A stretch of 64,000 nucleotides of DNA from positions 34,174 through 98,173 of the forward strand of contig JAGXRQ010000050.1 of NCBI GenBank assembly GCA_018335675.1, given 5' to 3'. Every line of letters starts with the position of its first letter. Within the stretch, counting starts at the first letter, position 1. This document shows, piece by piece, positions 1 to 9,254 of this stretch. The notes under the pieces were generated by a model, which was given only the letters and a program-made list of their open reading frames with translations, did no database searches and was not told the origin of the DNA. A program made the translations under genes and the position numbers. The DNA comes from Bacteroidota bacterium (GTDB taxonomy: Bacteria > Bacteroidota > Bacteroidia > Bacteroidales > UBA7960).

Positions 1-1090
1 TCACAAGGTTAATACTTACCGTTTCGGTAAAACTAAAACTTTGATCTTTTTTATTGCTTCCATTATTAATGTTTATATGCGATTCAGCTTCTTTAATGTC
101 ATCATAAATCGAAGAAACAGCAATGTGATTAAAGCGGATTAATGAAAAATTTGTAAGAATTTGTTTTGCAGCAGGTAGTATTTTAACGGCAGCAGCAGCA
201 AATAGTGCAATAACCGGCAACATTGAATTTAGTGATCTTCCTTGCAATGTGGCAATAATAGATATAAGAAACACACTAACAATTGCAAATGTTTCAAGAA
301 AGGGCTTAGGTAAAAAACCGGTAAAATGCCTGTAAGTTTGAGCCTTTGCAGTTTTTTTTGCACTGAATAAATATTTCTCAGTGAAGAAATCAAGCTTTTG
401 ATAAATCTTAAGCTCTTTTAATCCTCCCAAAACCTGCATTACTATTTTATTTCGATTTTTTCTTTCTACAAGCTCCTTTCTCCCAAAAACCCTCAGTTTT
501 TTTGAACTAAGAAAGATAAATAGAAACGCGGCACACCCGAAAACGATAACTGTAATTAGTGAAATAAAAGGTTCTACTAAAAACAGCAACAGAAAAGCCG
601 AGATTATTAAAAGAGAATCCATCGCAATTCCTAAAAAAGGAATCAAAACATTGTTGATTATTATTTGAATTTCATTATTTACATTCCTTAATAATTCTGC
701 TGAATTCTTGTTTATGTGAAAATTCCAATCAGCGTTGATGTAGGTTTTAAATAATTTGTGTCCAAGAGAAACCTGTTGATTAAAGGAAATTTTGTTTTTC
801 AGATAATTAACGTATGACACAAAAATGTTTTTTATCAAAAAGAGTACTATCAAAGAAAAGGATGCTATTATGAAAAAATTACTCTGATTTCCCGAAAAAG
901 AATCATTAATAAATGGGAAAAGCTCAAAGAAATTGTCTGGTTCAGAGATGAGGTAAACAAAAGCAGGAATAGATCCAATTCCCATAATTTCAAATAAGGC
1001 ACCCAAAATCATTAAAACCAAAAGGAAGTAGAATTTGATTCTTTCCCTTTTAGAAAGTAATTTAAAGAGTTTTTTCAACGAGGTTATCAT
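1..1090 (-). CDS. ABC exporter, fused permease/ATPase type; only the N-terminal transmembrane domain is in the window (3' end runs off the edge)
   Basis: Absent from the ORF track because it is open at the window edge. The reverse-strand ATG at 1090 gives MITSLKKLFKLLSKRERIKFYFLLVLMILGALFEIMG... Repeated hydrophobic segments follow in the type-1 ABC exporter (MsbA-like) layout. Confidence 0.7.
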   Translation of the reverse strand, partial: MITSLKKLFKLLSKRERIKFYFLLVLMILGALFEIMGIGSIPAFVYLISEPDNFFELFPFINDSFSGNQSNFFIIASFSLIVLFLIKNIFVSYVNYLKNKISFNQQVSLGHKLFKTYINADWNFHINKNSAELLRNVNNEIQIIINNVLIPFLGIAMDSLLIISAFLLLFLVEPFISLITVIVFGCAAFLFIFLSSKKLRVFGRKELVERKNRNKIVMQVLGGLKELKIYQKLDFFTEKYLFSAKKTAKAQTYRHFTGFLPKPFLETFAIVSVFLISIIATLQGRSLNSMLPVIALFAAAAVKILPAAKQILTNFSLIRFNHIAVSSIYDDIKEAESHININNGSNKKDQSFSFTETVSINLV

Positions 1091-1150
1091 CGATAATTTT
1101 TTAGATGATGCAATATCATTCTCACAAAGATAATACTTTCTATATCCCCT

Positions 1151-1205
1151 CTGTCACTCTTCTGTCACCCTTCTGTCACCATTTCCTGTCACCCCTACCT
1201 GTCAC
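1151..1205. repeat. Five direct copies of CTGTCAC spaced 11, 11, 13 and 13 bp apart
   Basis: Read directly: copies at 1151, 1162, 1173, 1186 and 1199. They lie in the divergent intergenic region between the ABC exporter and rplM. Confidence 0.85.
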
Positions 1206-1270
1206 CACCAAACAAAAAGTCTTCTCAAAAAATAAAAAACACACACATGTTTTTCAAAAGAAAAATATAC

Positions 1271-1278
1271 TATCTTTG
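1271..1278 (+). promoter_or_regulatory. Bacteroidota-type -7 box TATCTTTG (TAnnTTTG), candidate distal promoter of rplM
   Basis: Matches the TAnnTTTG consensus and is followed by CACCCTGAAATT. A near copy lies 108 bp downstream. Confidence 0.4.
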
Positions 1279-1328
1279 CACCCTGAAATTTAGCCCGTTA
1301 AATTATCCAAATATAGCCAACACGAAAA

Positions 1329-1352
1329 TTATTAACAATTAATTGTTAATAA
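1329..1352. promoter_or_regulatory. Perfect 24-bp palindrome TTATTAACAATT|AATTGTTAATAA
   Basis: The two 12-nt arms are exact reverse complements and sit between the two promoter-like boxes upstream of rplM. Confidence 0.5.
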
Positions 1353-1378
1353 AATTTGCAAGGTTCATAAAATTATTT

Positions 1379-1386
1379 TAGTTTTG
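1379..1386 (+). promoter_or_regulatory. Bacteroidota-type -7 box TAGTTTTG, candidate proximal promoter of rplM
   Basis: Matches TAnnTTTG, is followed by CACCCCCTAAAATT, and lies 59 nt upstream of the rplM ATG. Confidence 0.45.
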
Positions 1387-1444
1387 CACCCCCTAAAATT
1401 GGGGATGTTTATTTTTTAGATAGTTAGATACAGCAAATCATTAA

Positions 1445-1903
1445 ATGATGGACACATTAAGTTATAAAACAATTTCTGCAAATAAAGAGAGCGTTAACAA
1501 GGAATGGGTATTGGTTGATGCGGATGGCCAAGTTTTGGGAAGATTAGCATCAAAAGTAGCAAAGCTTCTTCGCGGCAAATATAAAACGAACTTTACACCT
1601 CACGTTGATTGTGGTGATAATGTTGTTATTATTAATGCCGGAAAGATACTTATTACCGGAGGCAAAATGGATCAGAAAGAGTATGTAAGACATACAGAAT
1701 ATCCAGGTGGACAGCGCTTTACAAAAGTGAGCGACCTTATGAAAAACAAGCCTGAGGCAGTTATTATTAAGGCTGTTAAAGGAATGCTACCCAAAAACAG
1801 ATTAGGTGATGCTATTTTGAAGAACCTATATGTTTATCCGGAAGCAGATCATAAGCAAGAAGCTCAGAAACCAAAGACAATTAATCTTAATTCAATAATG
1901 TAA
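1445..1903 (+). CDS. rplM: 50S ribosomal protein L13
   Basis: The translation aligns by eye with E. coli L13 (WVLVDA.GQVLGRLAS..A..LRGK...FTPHVD.GD.V...NA; AVKGMLPKN.LG). Confidence 0.95.
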   Translation: MMDTLSYKTISANKESVNKEWVLVDADGQVLGRLASKVAKLLRGKYKTNFTPHVDCGDNVVIINAGKILITGGKMDQKEYVRHTEYPGGQRFTKVSDLMKNKPEAVIIKAVKGMLPKNRLGDAILKNLYVYPEADHKQEAQKPKTINLNSIM

Positions 1904-1905
1904 TC

Positions 1906-2292
1906 ATGGAAGTAATAAACGCTATAGGTAGAAGAAAAACTGCTGTTGCCAGAGTATATGTTAAGCCCGGCAATGGAAATATTACCGTAAATAAAAAAGA
2001 TTACAAAGAATATTTTCCTGCTGGCCCGATACATTATATTGTAAATCAGGCTTTTCAGATAACAAACACTGAAAACAAGTATGATGTTCTGGTTAATCTT
2101 AATGGAGGAGGAATTAAAGGACAAGCAGAAGCTCTAAGATTAGCAATTTCTAAAGTTCTTATTCAGATTAATCCTGAATTCAGACCACCATTAAAAGAAA
2201 AAGGATTGTTGCGCCGCGACCCACGTATGGTTGAGCGTAAAAAACCTGGCCAAAGAAAGGCAAGAAAGAAATTTCAATTCAGCAAACGTTAA
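1906..2292 (+). CDS. rpsI: 30S ribosomal protein S9
   Basis: GRRKTAVARVYVKPGNG..., GGGIKGQAEALRLAISKVL and the C-terminal KKFQFSKR. Immediately follows rplM as in the conserved operon. Confidence 0.95.
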   Translation: MEVINAIGRRKTAVARVYVKPGNGNITVNKKDYKEYFPAGPIHYIVNQAFQITNTENKYDVLVNLNGGGIKGQAEALRLAISKVLIQINPEFRPPLKEKGLLRRDPRMVERKKPGQRKARKKFQFSKR

Positions 2293-2314
2293 CATTTTTG
2301 GAAATATAAAGAAC

Positions 2315-3247
2315 ATGGCTAGAACCAATTATAACGAATTATTAGACGCAGGTGTACATTTTGGTCATCTTAAAAGAAAATGGAATCCGTTTATGGCTCC
2401 TTACATTTTTATGGAACGCAACGGAATTCATATTATAGACCTTAATAAAACTATTGCAAAAATAGACGACGCAGCAGCTGCTCTTAAGCAAATTGCAAAG
2501 TCAGGCAAGAAAATCCTTTTTGTTGCTACAAAAAAGCAGGCAAAAGAAGTTGTGGCCGATCTGGTTAAACAAGTCAATATGCCATTTGTTACAGAAAGAT
2601 GGCCTGGCGGTATGCTTACAAATTTTGCTACTATCCGCAAAGCGGTTAAAAAAATGTCTACTATAGACAAAATGGCGACCGACGGTACTTTCGAAAAAAT
2701 GTCAAAAAAAGAAAGACTACAAGTATCCAGAGAAAGAGCTAAACTAGAAAGACAACTTGGAAGTATTGCCGATCTTACAAGATTACCGGCAGCTATTTTT
2801 ATAGTTGATATTTGCAAAGAACACATCGCAGTTGCAGAAGCTCACAAACTAAATATTCCAACTTTTGCAATTGTTGATACAAATGCGAATCCAAATGAAG
2901 TTGACTTCCCAATACCAGCAAACGACGATGCTGCAAAATCAATCGGCATTATTGTAAAAACAATGGTAGACGCTATCCAAGAAGGTATTACTGAACGTAA
3001 ATTGGAAAAAGACAAGCAAACAGAGGAAGAAGAAGAAAGAGAAAAGGAAAGAGAACTTAAAAAAGCTGAAGCTGCTAGGTTGCTAGAAGAAAAAGGTATC
3101 GACGAGGAAGAACTTGAAACAGATGTTGCAGGCGGAAAACAAATCAAGAAAATTAAACTTGATGGTGAAGAAGATGAAATGAAAAAGGCAGCAAAAAAAC
3201 CAAAAGGCCCTATCTCGAAAAAGCCTGGAGATCCAAAGAAAAAGTAA
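2315..3247 (+). CDS. rpsB: 30S ribosomal protein S2 with a long charged C-terminal tail
   Basis: The internal ATG at 2315 gives MARTNYNELLDAGVHFGHLKRKWNP... (canonical S2 N-terminus). The tracked start at 2231 overlaps rpsI. The last ~70 aa are E/K-rich. Confidence 0.93.
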   Translation: MARTNYNELLDAGVHFGHLKRKWNPFMAPYIFMERNGIHIIDLNKTIAKIDDAAAALKQIAKSGKKILFVATKKQAKEVVADLVKQVNMPFVTERWPGGMLTNFATIRKAVKKMSTIDKMATDGTFEKMSKKERLQVSRERAKLERQLGSIADLTRLPAAIFIVDICKEHIAVAEAHKLNIPTFAIVDTNANPNEVDFPIPANDDAAKSIGIIVKTMVDAIQEGITERKLEKDKQTEEEEEREKERELKKAEAARLLEEKGIDEEELETDVAGGKQIKKIKLDGEEDEMKKAAKKPKGPISKKPGDPKKK

Positions 3248-3277
3248 TTAATGTATAAAATTTAACTCATTATAATT

Positions 3278-4111
3278 ATGGCAAATATAACCGCAGCAGA
3301 AGTTAATGAACTACGCAAGCAAACCGGCGCAGGAATGATGGATTGCAAGAAAGCTCTTGTTGAGGCCGATGGTGATTTCCAATTGGCTATAGAGAATCTT
3401 CGCAAAAAAGGACAAAAACTTGCAGCAAGCCGTGCCGATAGAGACGCAAGCGAAGGTATTGTTCTTACTTGTACTAGTGCACAAAACGATAAAGCATTTA
3501 TGATTATGCTTAACTGTGAAACTGACTTTGTTGCTAAGAACCAAGAAATGATTGATTTTGCAAGTTCTCTTCTTGACATCGCTGTTCAAAACAACTGCAA
3601 AAGTGCAGAAGAAGTTTTAAATCAAACAGTTAATGGAAGAAAAGTTTCTGATCTTATTACCGATATGATTGGAAAAACTGGTGAGAAACTAGACCTTGCA
3701 AAAGCCGACATGGTAGAAGGTAAAATTGCATTTGCATACACTCATCCTGGAAACAGAGTTGGTTCAATTGCTGCTTTGACAGTGAAAGATGTTAAAGATA
3801 TCGAAAATATAGGTAAAGATGTTGTTATGCAGATTGCTGCTATGGCACCTATTGCTATCGACAAAGATGACGTTTGTCAAACTGTTATCAACAAAGAGAT
3901 AGAAATTGGTAAAGATCAAGCAAGAGAAGAAGGAAAACCTGAAGAAATGCTTGAAAAAATTGCCTTAGGAAAACTAAATAAATTCTATAAAGAGAATACT
4001 CTGCTAAATCAGGAATTTATTAAGGACAACAAAAAAACTGTAGGCCAGATGCTAACAGAAGCACACAAAGACCTTACAGTTGTTGCTTTTAAAAGGTACA
4101 CTTTGTCATAA
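3278..4111 (+). CDS. tsf: Elongation factor Ts
   Basis: MANITAAEVNELRKQTGAGMMDCKKALVEADGD... is the typical EF-Ts UBA-like N-terminus, and the gene follows rpsB. Confidence 0.95.
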   Translation: MANITAAEVNELRKQTGAGMMDCKKALVEADGDFQLAIENLRKKGQKLAASRADRDASEGIVLTCTSAQNDKAFMIMLNCETDFVAKNQEMIDFASSLLDIAVQNNCKSAEEVLNQTVNGRKVSDLITDMIGKTGEKLDLAKADMVEGKIAFAYTHPGNRVGSIAALTVKDVKDIENIGKDVVMQIAAMAPIAIDKDDVCQTVINKEIEIGKDQAREEGKPEEMLEKIALGKLNKFYKENTLLNQEFIKDNKKTVGQMLTEAHKDLTVVAFKRYTLS

Positions 4112-4130
4112 TAGACAATGTAATTAAAGG

Positions 4131-4157
4131 AAAGAGGCTTATTAGCCTCTTTTTTTT
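4131..4157 (+). terminator. Rho-independent terminator after tsf
   Basis: GAGGCT-TATT-AGCCTC stem-loop followed by a run of nine T. Confidence 0.75.
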
Positions 4158-4210
4158 TGCCTTTTAGATGGTTTTTTAAATTTATGATATATTTATTTGA
4201 TGAAATTCAT

Positions 4211-4218
4211 TAAACTTG
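4211..4218 (+). promoter_or_regulatory. -7-like box TAAACTTG followed by CAGACAA, upstream of pyrH
   Basis: One mismatch to TAnnTTTG. The same extended word TAAAyTTGCAGACAA recurs upstream of frr. Confidence 0.35.
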
Positions 4219-4239
4219 CAGACAATTAAATACATCATT

Positions 4240-4950
4240 ATGCAATATAAAAGAGTATTATTAAAACTAAGCGGAGAATCGCTTGCAGGCAACTCTTCCT
4301 ACGGAATTGAACAGTCAGCCCTCGAATTATACGCTGATGAAATTGTCCAAATAGCCAATGAAGGAATTCAAACAGCTATTGTGCTTGGAGGGGGAAATAT
4401 CTTTAGAGGTATTCAAGGAATGGACAAAGGAGTTGACAGGGTTCAGGGTGATTATATGGGAATGCTTGCAACTGTTATTAATTCGGTGGCAATGCAGTCA
4501 ACACTAAAAAGAAGAGGAGTTGAATCTACCGTTTTATCAGGCCTGCCTATCGACCCCGTTTGCGAAAAAATGTCTGCCTCTAAAGCAATTAAATTACTTC
4601 AGGAAGGTCATGTTGTTATTATTGCCGGAGGAACAGGAAACCCCTTCTTTACAACCGATACTGCTGCTGCACTAAGAGCTGTTGAAATAAACGCTGATGT
4701 AATTCTGAAAGGAACTAGAGTTGATGGTGTATATGATAAAGACCCTGAAAAACATCAAGATGCAGTTAAATATGATGAGCTTACTTTTGAGGAAGCCTAT
4801 AAAAAGAACTTGAAAATAATGGATCTTACAGCTTTTACTCTATGTAAGGAAAATAATATTCCTGTTATTGTGTTTAACATAAATACTAAGGGAAATCTTA
4901 CTTCTATTTTATTGAAAGATAAGAACACAGGTACTCTTGTAAAAAATTGA
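4240..4950 (+). CDS. pyrH: UMP kinase
   Basis: The ATG at 4240 gives MQYKRVLLKLSGESLAG...; also GGGNIFRG and GTGNPFFTTDTAAALRA. Confidence 0.93.
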   Translation: MQYKRVLLKLSGESLAGNSSYGIEQSALELYADEIVQIANEGIQTAIVLGGGNIFRGIQGMDKGVDRVQGDYMGMLATVINSVAMQSTLKRRGVESTVLSGLPIDPVCEKMSASKAIKLLQEGHVVIIAGGTGNPFFTTDTAAALRAVEINADVILKGTRVDGVYDKDPEKHQDAVKYDELTFEEAYKKNLKIMDLTAFTLCKENNIPVIVFNINTKGNLTSILLKDKNTGTLVKN

Positions 4951-5008
4951 CCAGCTAATATGGTAGGATTTTAATAATGATAACAAATTCTTAATTTAAA
5001 ATATTGTT

Positions 5009-5016
5009 ATAAATTT
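5009..5016 (+). promoter_or_regulatory. -7 box TAAATTTG followed by CAGACAA, upstream of frr
   Basis: Exact TAnnTTTG match 37 nt upstream of the frr ATG. Confidence 0.4.
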
Positions 5017-5052
5017 GCAGACAAACATTTGTATAATACAAATTCTTGGGCT

Positions 5053-5616
5053 ATGAATGAAGATTTAGATTTTTTGTTTGAAGAAGCAAAGGAGAAAATG
5101 GAAAACACCATCGGCCACTTGGATCGCGAACTTGTTAAAATCAGAGCAGGTAAAGCAAATCCTCAAATGCTTGATAGTGTTAAAGTTGACTATTACGGAA
5201 CAATGACTAAGTTGTCGCAAGTTGCAAACATTAATACTCCAGACCCTAAAAGTATTGTTGTTCAACCCTGGGAAAAAAACATGCTTGCTCCGATTGAAAA
5301 AGCTATTATGGCAGCTAATCTAGGCTTTAATCCTCAAAACGACGGGACAATTATCAGAATTGTTGTTCCTGTGCTTACTGAAGAGAGAAGAAGAGATTTA
5401 GTAAAGAAAGTAAAAGGCGAAGGTGAAACATCCAAAGTTGGCATCAGGAATATTAGACGAGATGTATTGGATAGCTCTAAAAAGCTTGAAAAAGAAGGTG
5501 TTCCGGAAGACCTTGTGAGAAGATTTGAAACCCAAATACAAGATCTTACAAATAAATACATCGCCAAAATAGACTCTTTACTGGAAGTAAAAGAAAAAGA
5601 CATTATGACAGTGTAA
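5053..5616 (+). CDS. frr: Ribosome recycling factor
   Basis: The ATG at 5053 gives MNEDLDFLFEEAKEKMENTIGHL...; also IRAGKANPQMLD.V.VDYYG and LTEERRRDLVKKVK. Confidence 0.93.
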   Translation: MNEDLDFLFEEAKEKMENTIGHLDRELVKIRAGKANPQMLDSVKVDYYGTMTKLSQVANINTPDPKSIVVQPWEKNMLAPIEKAIMAANLGFNPQNDGTIIRIVVPVLTEERRRDLVKKVKGEGETSKVGIRNIRRDVLDSSKKLEKEGVPEDLVRRFETQIQDLTNKYIAKIDSLLEVKEKDIMTV

Positions 5617-5623
5617 TAAATTG

Positions 5624-6601
5624 CTAAATAAAGCAATTATTACAGATTTCCGGGTGATTACCCGCCAATATATTTTTTCTGATTAATAGCAACTCTTTCG
5701 AATACCAGAAAGAGTTGCTTTTTATTTCACTAGATATTATATGCAAGGGAATTTTGTCGTTACAACAAACAATAGCATTATTATCAGAGGTGAAAATCGC
5801 ATGGCTCCAAAGCCGGAAACAACTGTTTTTTCTTTTCTTTGAAGCTGCATATCTGTTATATTTCTTGTTTTGAGGCAGATACGCGTCTTTTTCATCATAC
5901 ACCTGCATACTTTTAAATTCCAATTTATCTACTCCTAAAGAGTATGCAAATTTTTTAGCATGTTTTAAGTCTGCCTCATTTTTTTTATTTACCATATATT
6001 GCATTACAATATATGGGGTTTTATTTTTTGCTCCCAAACGCAATTTTAATAATTTCTGAACTCCGCATTTAACCAATTCCAGGCTTCCTCCTTGTCTGTA
6101 AAAAGAATATGTGTTTTGATCCGTACCATCAATGGAAATAATGATTTTATCAAGACCTGAGTTAATTATTTTTTTTGCAATGTCTTTGGTTAATAGCAAT
6201 CCATTTGTTGAAAGATATGTATAATAATTAAGCCTTTTGGCTGTTTTTATTAGGTCAAATACATCTTTATTCAACAAAGGCTCGCCTTGATGGTAAAAGC
6301 TTGCATAAAAAGAATTTCCGGAAAACTGATTAAGTGTAGAATTGACAAATTCATTTGAGATAAAAGGCTGATTTCTAATTGTTTCATTTCTGCCAACAAT
6401 GCACTGGGGGCAAGTTAAATTGCAAATTGATGAAACCTCAAAAGTTATGGAAAATGGATCAGCCAACACAATGGGCTTTTTTATAATTCTTGAATAATAA
6501 TATCCTAAAATAATTTTCAAATAATTATATGACCTTCTGAAAGACAATGCTTTAAAAAGCCTTAGACTATTGTTGAAAACATTTTTATATGATATTATCA
6601 T
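5624..6601 (-). CDS. Radical SAM enzyme with a Cys-rich SPASM/twitch-like C-terminus, function unknown
   Basis: CNLTCPQC (CxxxCxxC) at about aa 60 and a GEPLL motif. The C-terminal cysteines are C..(22)..CC..(38)..C..C. The start lies 1 nt downstream of the riboflavin-kinase ORF stop. Confidence 0.75.
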   Translation of the reverse strand: MIISYKNVFNNSLRLFKALSFRRSYNYLKIILGYYYSRIIKKPIVLADPFSITFEVSSICNLTCPQCIVGRNETIRNQPFISNEFVNSTLNQFSGNSFYASFYHQGEPLLNKDVFDLIKTAKRLNYYTYLSTNGLLLTKDIAKKIINSGLDKIIISIDGTDQNTYSFYRQGGSLELVKCGVQKLLKLRLGAKNKTPYIVMQYMVNKKNEADLKHAKKFAYSLGVDKLEFKSMQVYDEKDAYLPQNKKYNRYAASKKRKNSCFRLWSHAIFTSDNNAIVCCNDKIPLHIISSEIKSNSFWYSKELLLIRKNILAGNHPEICNNCFI

Positions 6602-6602
6602 T

Positions 6603-7100
6603 CTATTTGTAGTAGAAACAATGATTATCTTTAGGATTCAATCGCAATTTTATATTTTTGAGGATGATTGATGCTGATTCTCTGTCTTTAATCAATTGAC
6701 TTTTTAAGTTATCAAGGTTAGAAAATTTAATCTCATCTCTTATTTTTTCAATGAAATGAAGACTTATTTCTTTTCCATAAAGATCTTGATTTACACCAAA
6801 GAGATGAGCTTCAATCGTTATGTCTTTAAGCCCTAAAGTTGGCCTAACACCAATGTTTACCATTGCTTCATACCAATTCTCCGAAAACTTACCCATAGCA
6901 GCATATACTCCATTTGCTGGAATTATAGTATCGTTATTTACTTCGATATTTGCAGTTGGAAAGCCTAATTCTCTGCCTATTTTATTGCCTCGAACAACAA
7001 CTCCTTGAAAGCTGTAATAATAGCCAAGACCTTCAGCCAAGCATTTCACATTGCCAAGCTTAAGCAACGAAATTATATTATCATCAGGCTTTTTAATCAT
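6603..7100 (-). CDS. Riboflavin kinase domain protein: RibF C-terminal half only, no FAD-synthetase domain
   Basis: GVVVRGNKIGRELGFPTANIE, NGVYA, VNIGVRPT, IEAHLF and LYGKEI..HFIEKIRDE.KF match the RibF kinase domain. The ORF is 165 aa, and the upstream DNA (7101-7324) is intergenic before atpD. Confidence 0.75.
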   Translation of the reverse strand: MIKKPDDNIISLLKLGNVKCLAEGLGYYYSFQGVVVRGNKIGRELGFPTANIEVNNDTIIPANGVYAAMGKFSENWYEAMVNIGVRPTLGLKDITIEAHLFGVNQDLYGKEISLHFIEKIRDEIKFSNLDNLKSQLIKDRESASIILKNIKLRLNPKDNHCFYYK

Positions 7101-7225
7101 TTAATTTATGTTAGAAATATTTATAAACAAAAGTAAGCAAAAATTGTCCAAAACAATTTAGCTAATTCATTTGAAAACAAGAGGTTTTGATTTTTTTTAG
7201 TGAACGCAACTAAAATTTTAATTAA

Positions 7226-8836
<1,611 letters not shown>

Positions 8837-8845
8837 TATAGAGCT

Positions 8846-9091
8846 ATGTCAATGCATCTTGAAGTAATATCACCCGAAAAATGCCTTTACAAAGGGGATG
8901 TTGTACTTGTCCAATTACCTGGAAAAATGGGCTCGTTTGAAATTTTGAATAATCACGCACCCATTATAGCTCTATTAGACAGTGGAACTATGAAAATTAT
9001 TGACTCTGAAAGAAATAAAGTTACTCTGAAAATTGGAAGCGGAGTTGTTGAGGTTTTTGATAACAACATTTTGGTGCTCTCAGATTCATAA
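8846..9091 (+). CDS. atpC: F0F1 ATP synthase subunit epsilon (short form)
   Basis: LEVISPEK.LYKGDV..V.LPG..G.FEIL.NHAP, located directly after atpD. Confidence 0.85.
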   Translation: MSMHLEVISPEKCLYKGDVVLVQLPGKMGSFEILNNHAPIIALLDSGTMKIIDSERNKVTLKIGSGVVEVFDNNILVLSDS

Positions 9092-9112
9092 CAGACAAAT
9101 ATTTTTAATATT

Positions 9113-9138
9113 GAGGCCTTTTTAGGCCTCTTTTTTTT
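9113..9138 (+). terminator. Rho-independent terminator after atpC
   Basis: GAGGCCT-TTTT-AGGCCTC stem-loop followed by eight T. Confidence 0.75.
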
Positions 9139-9254
9139 ACTAACGCTTTGTATAACAACATACTTGCACTATTTAGTATAAAGAACGCAAACTTTCGTAT
9201 AAAAATATTAATCATATTTGTTATCTTTACAGGTGCTTTTGAAAATTAATACAG

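Noticed and set aside
1151-1205. Possible CRISPR-like array (also considered for 37760-37849)
   Set aside because: Repeat units are 7 nt with 4-6-nt gaps, far below CRISPR repeat and spacer sizes, and no cas genes are in the window.
1105-1293. 62-aa ORF spanning the CTGTCAC repeat (…LLSPFCHHFLSPLPVTT…)
   Set aside because: Its sequence is just the translated tandem repeat. It lies in a divergent promoter region, overlaps a promoter-like box, and has no recognisable domain or translation-initiation context.
2428-3147. Two Ser-rich minus-strand ORFs (132 and 101 aa) inside rpsB
   Set aside because: They are mirror-image artefacts of the Glu/Lys-rich S2 coding sequence. Both are low complexity and fully nested in a conserved gene.
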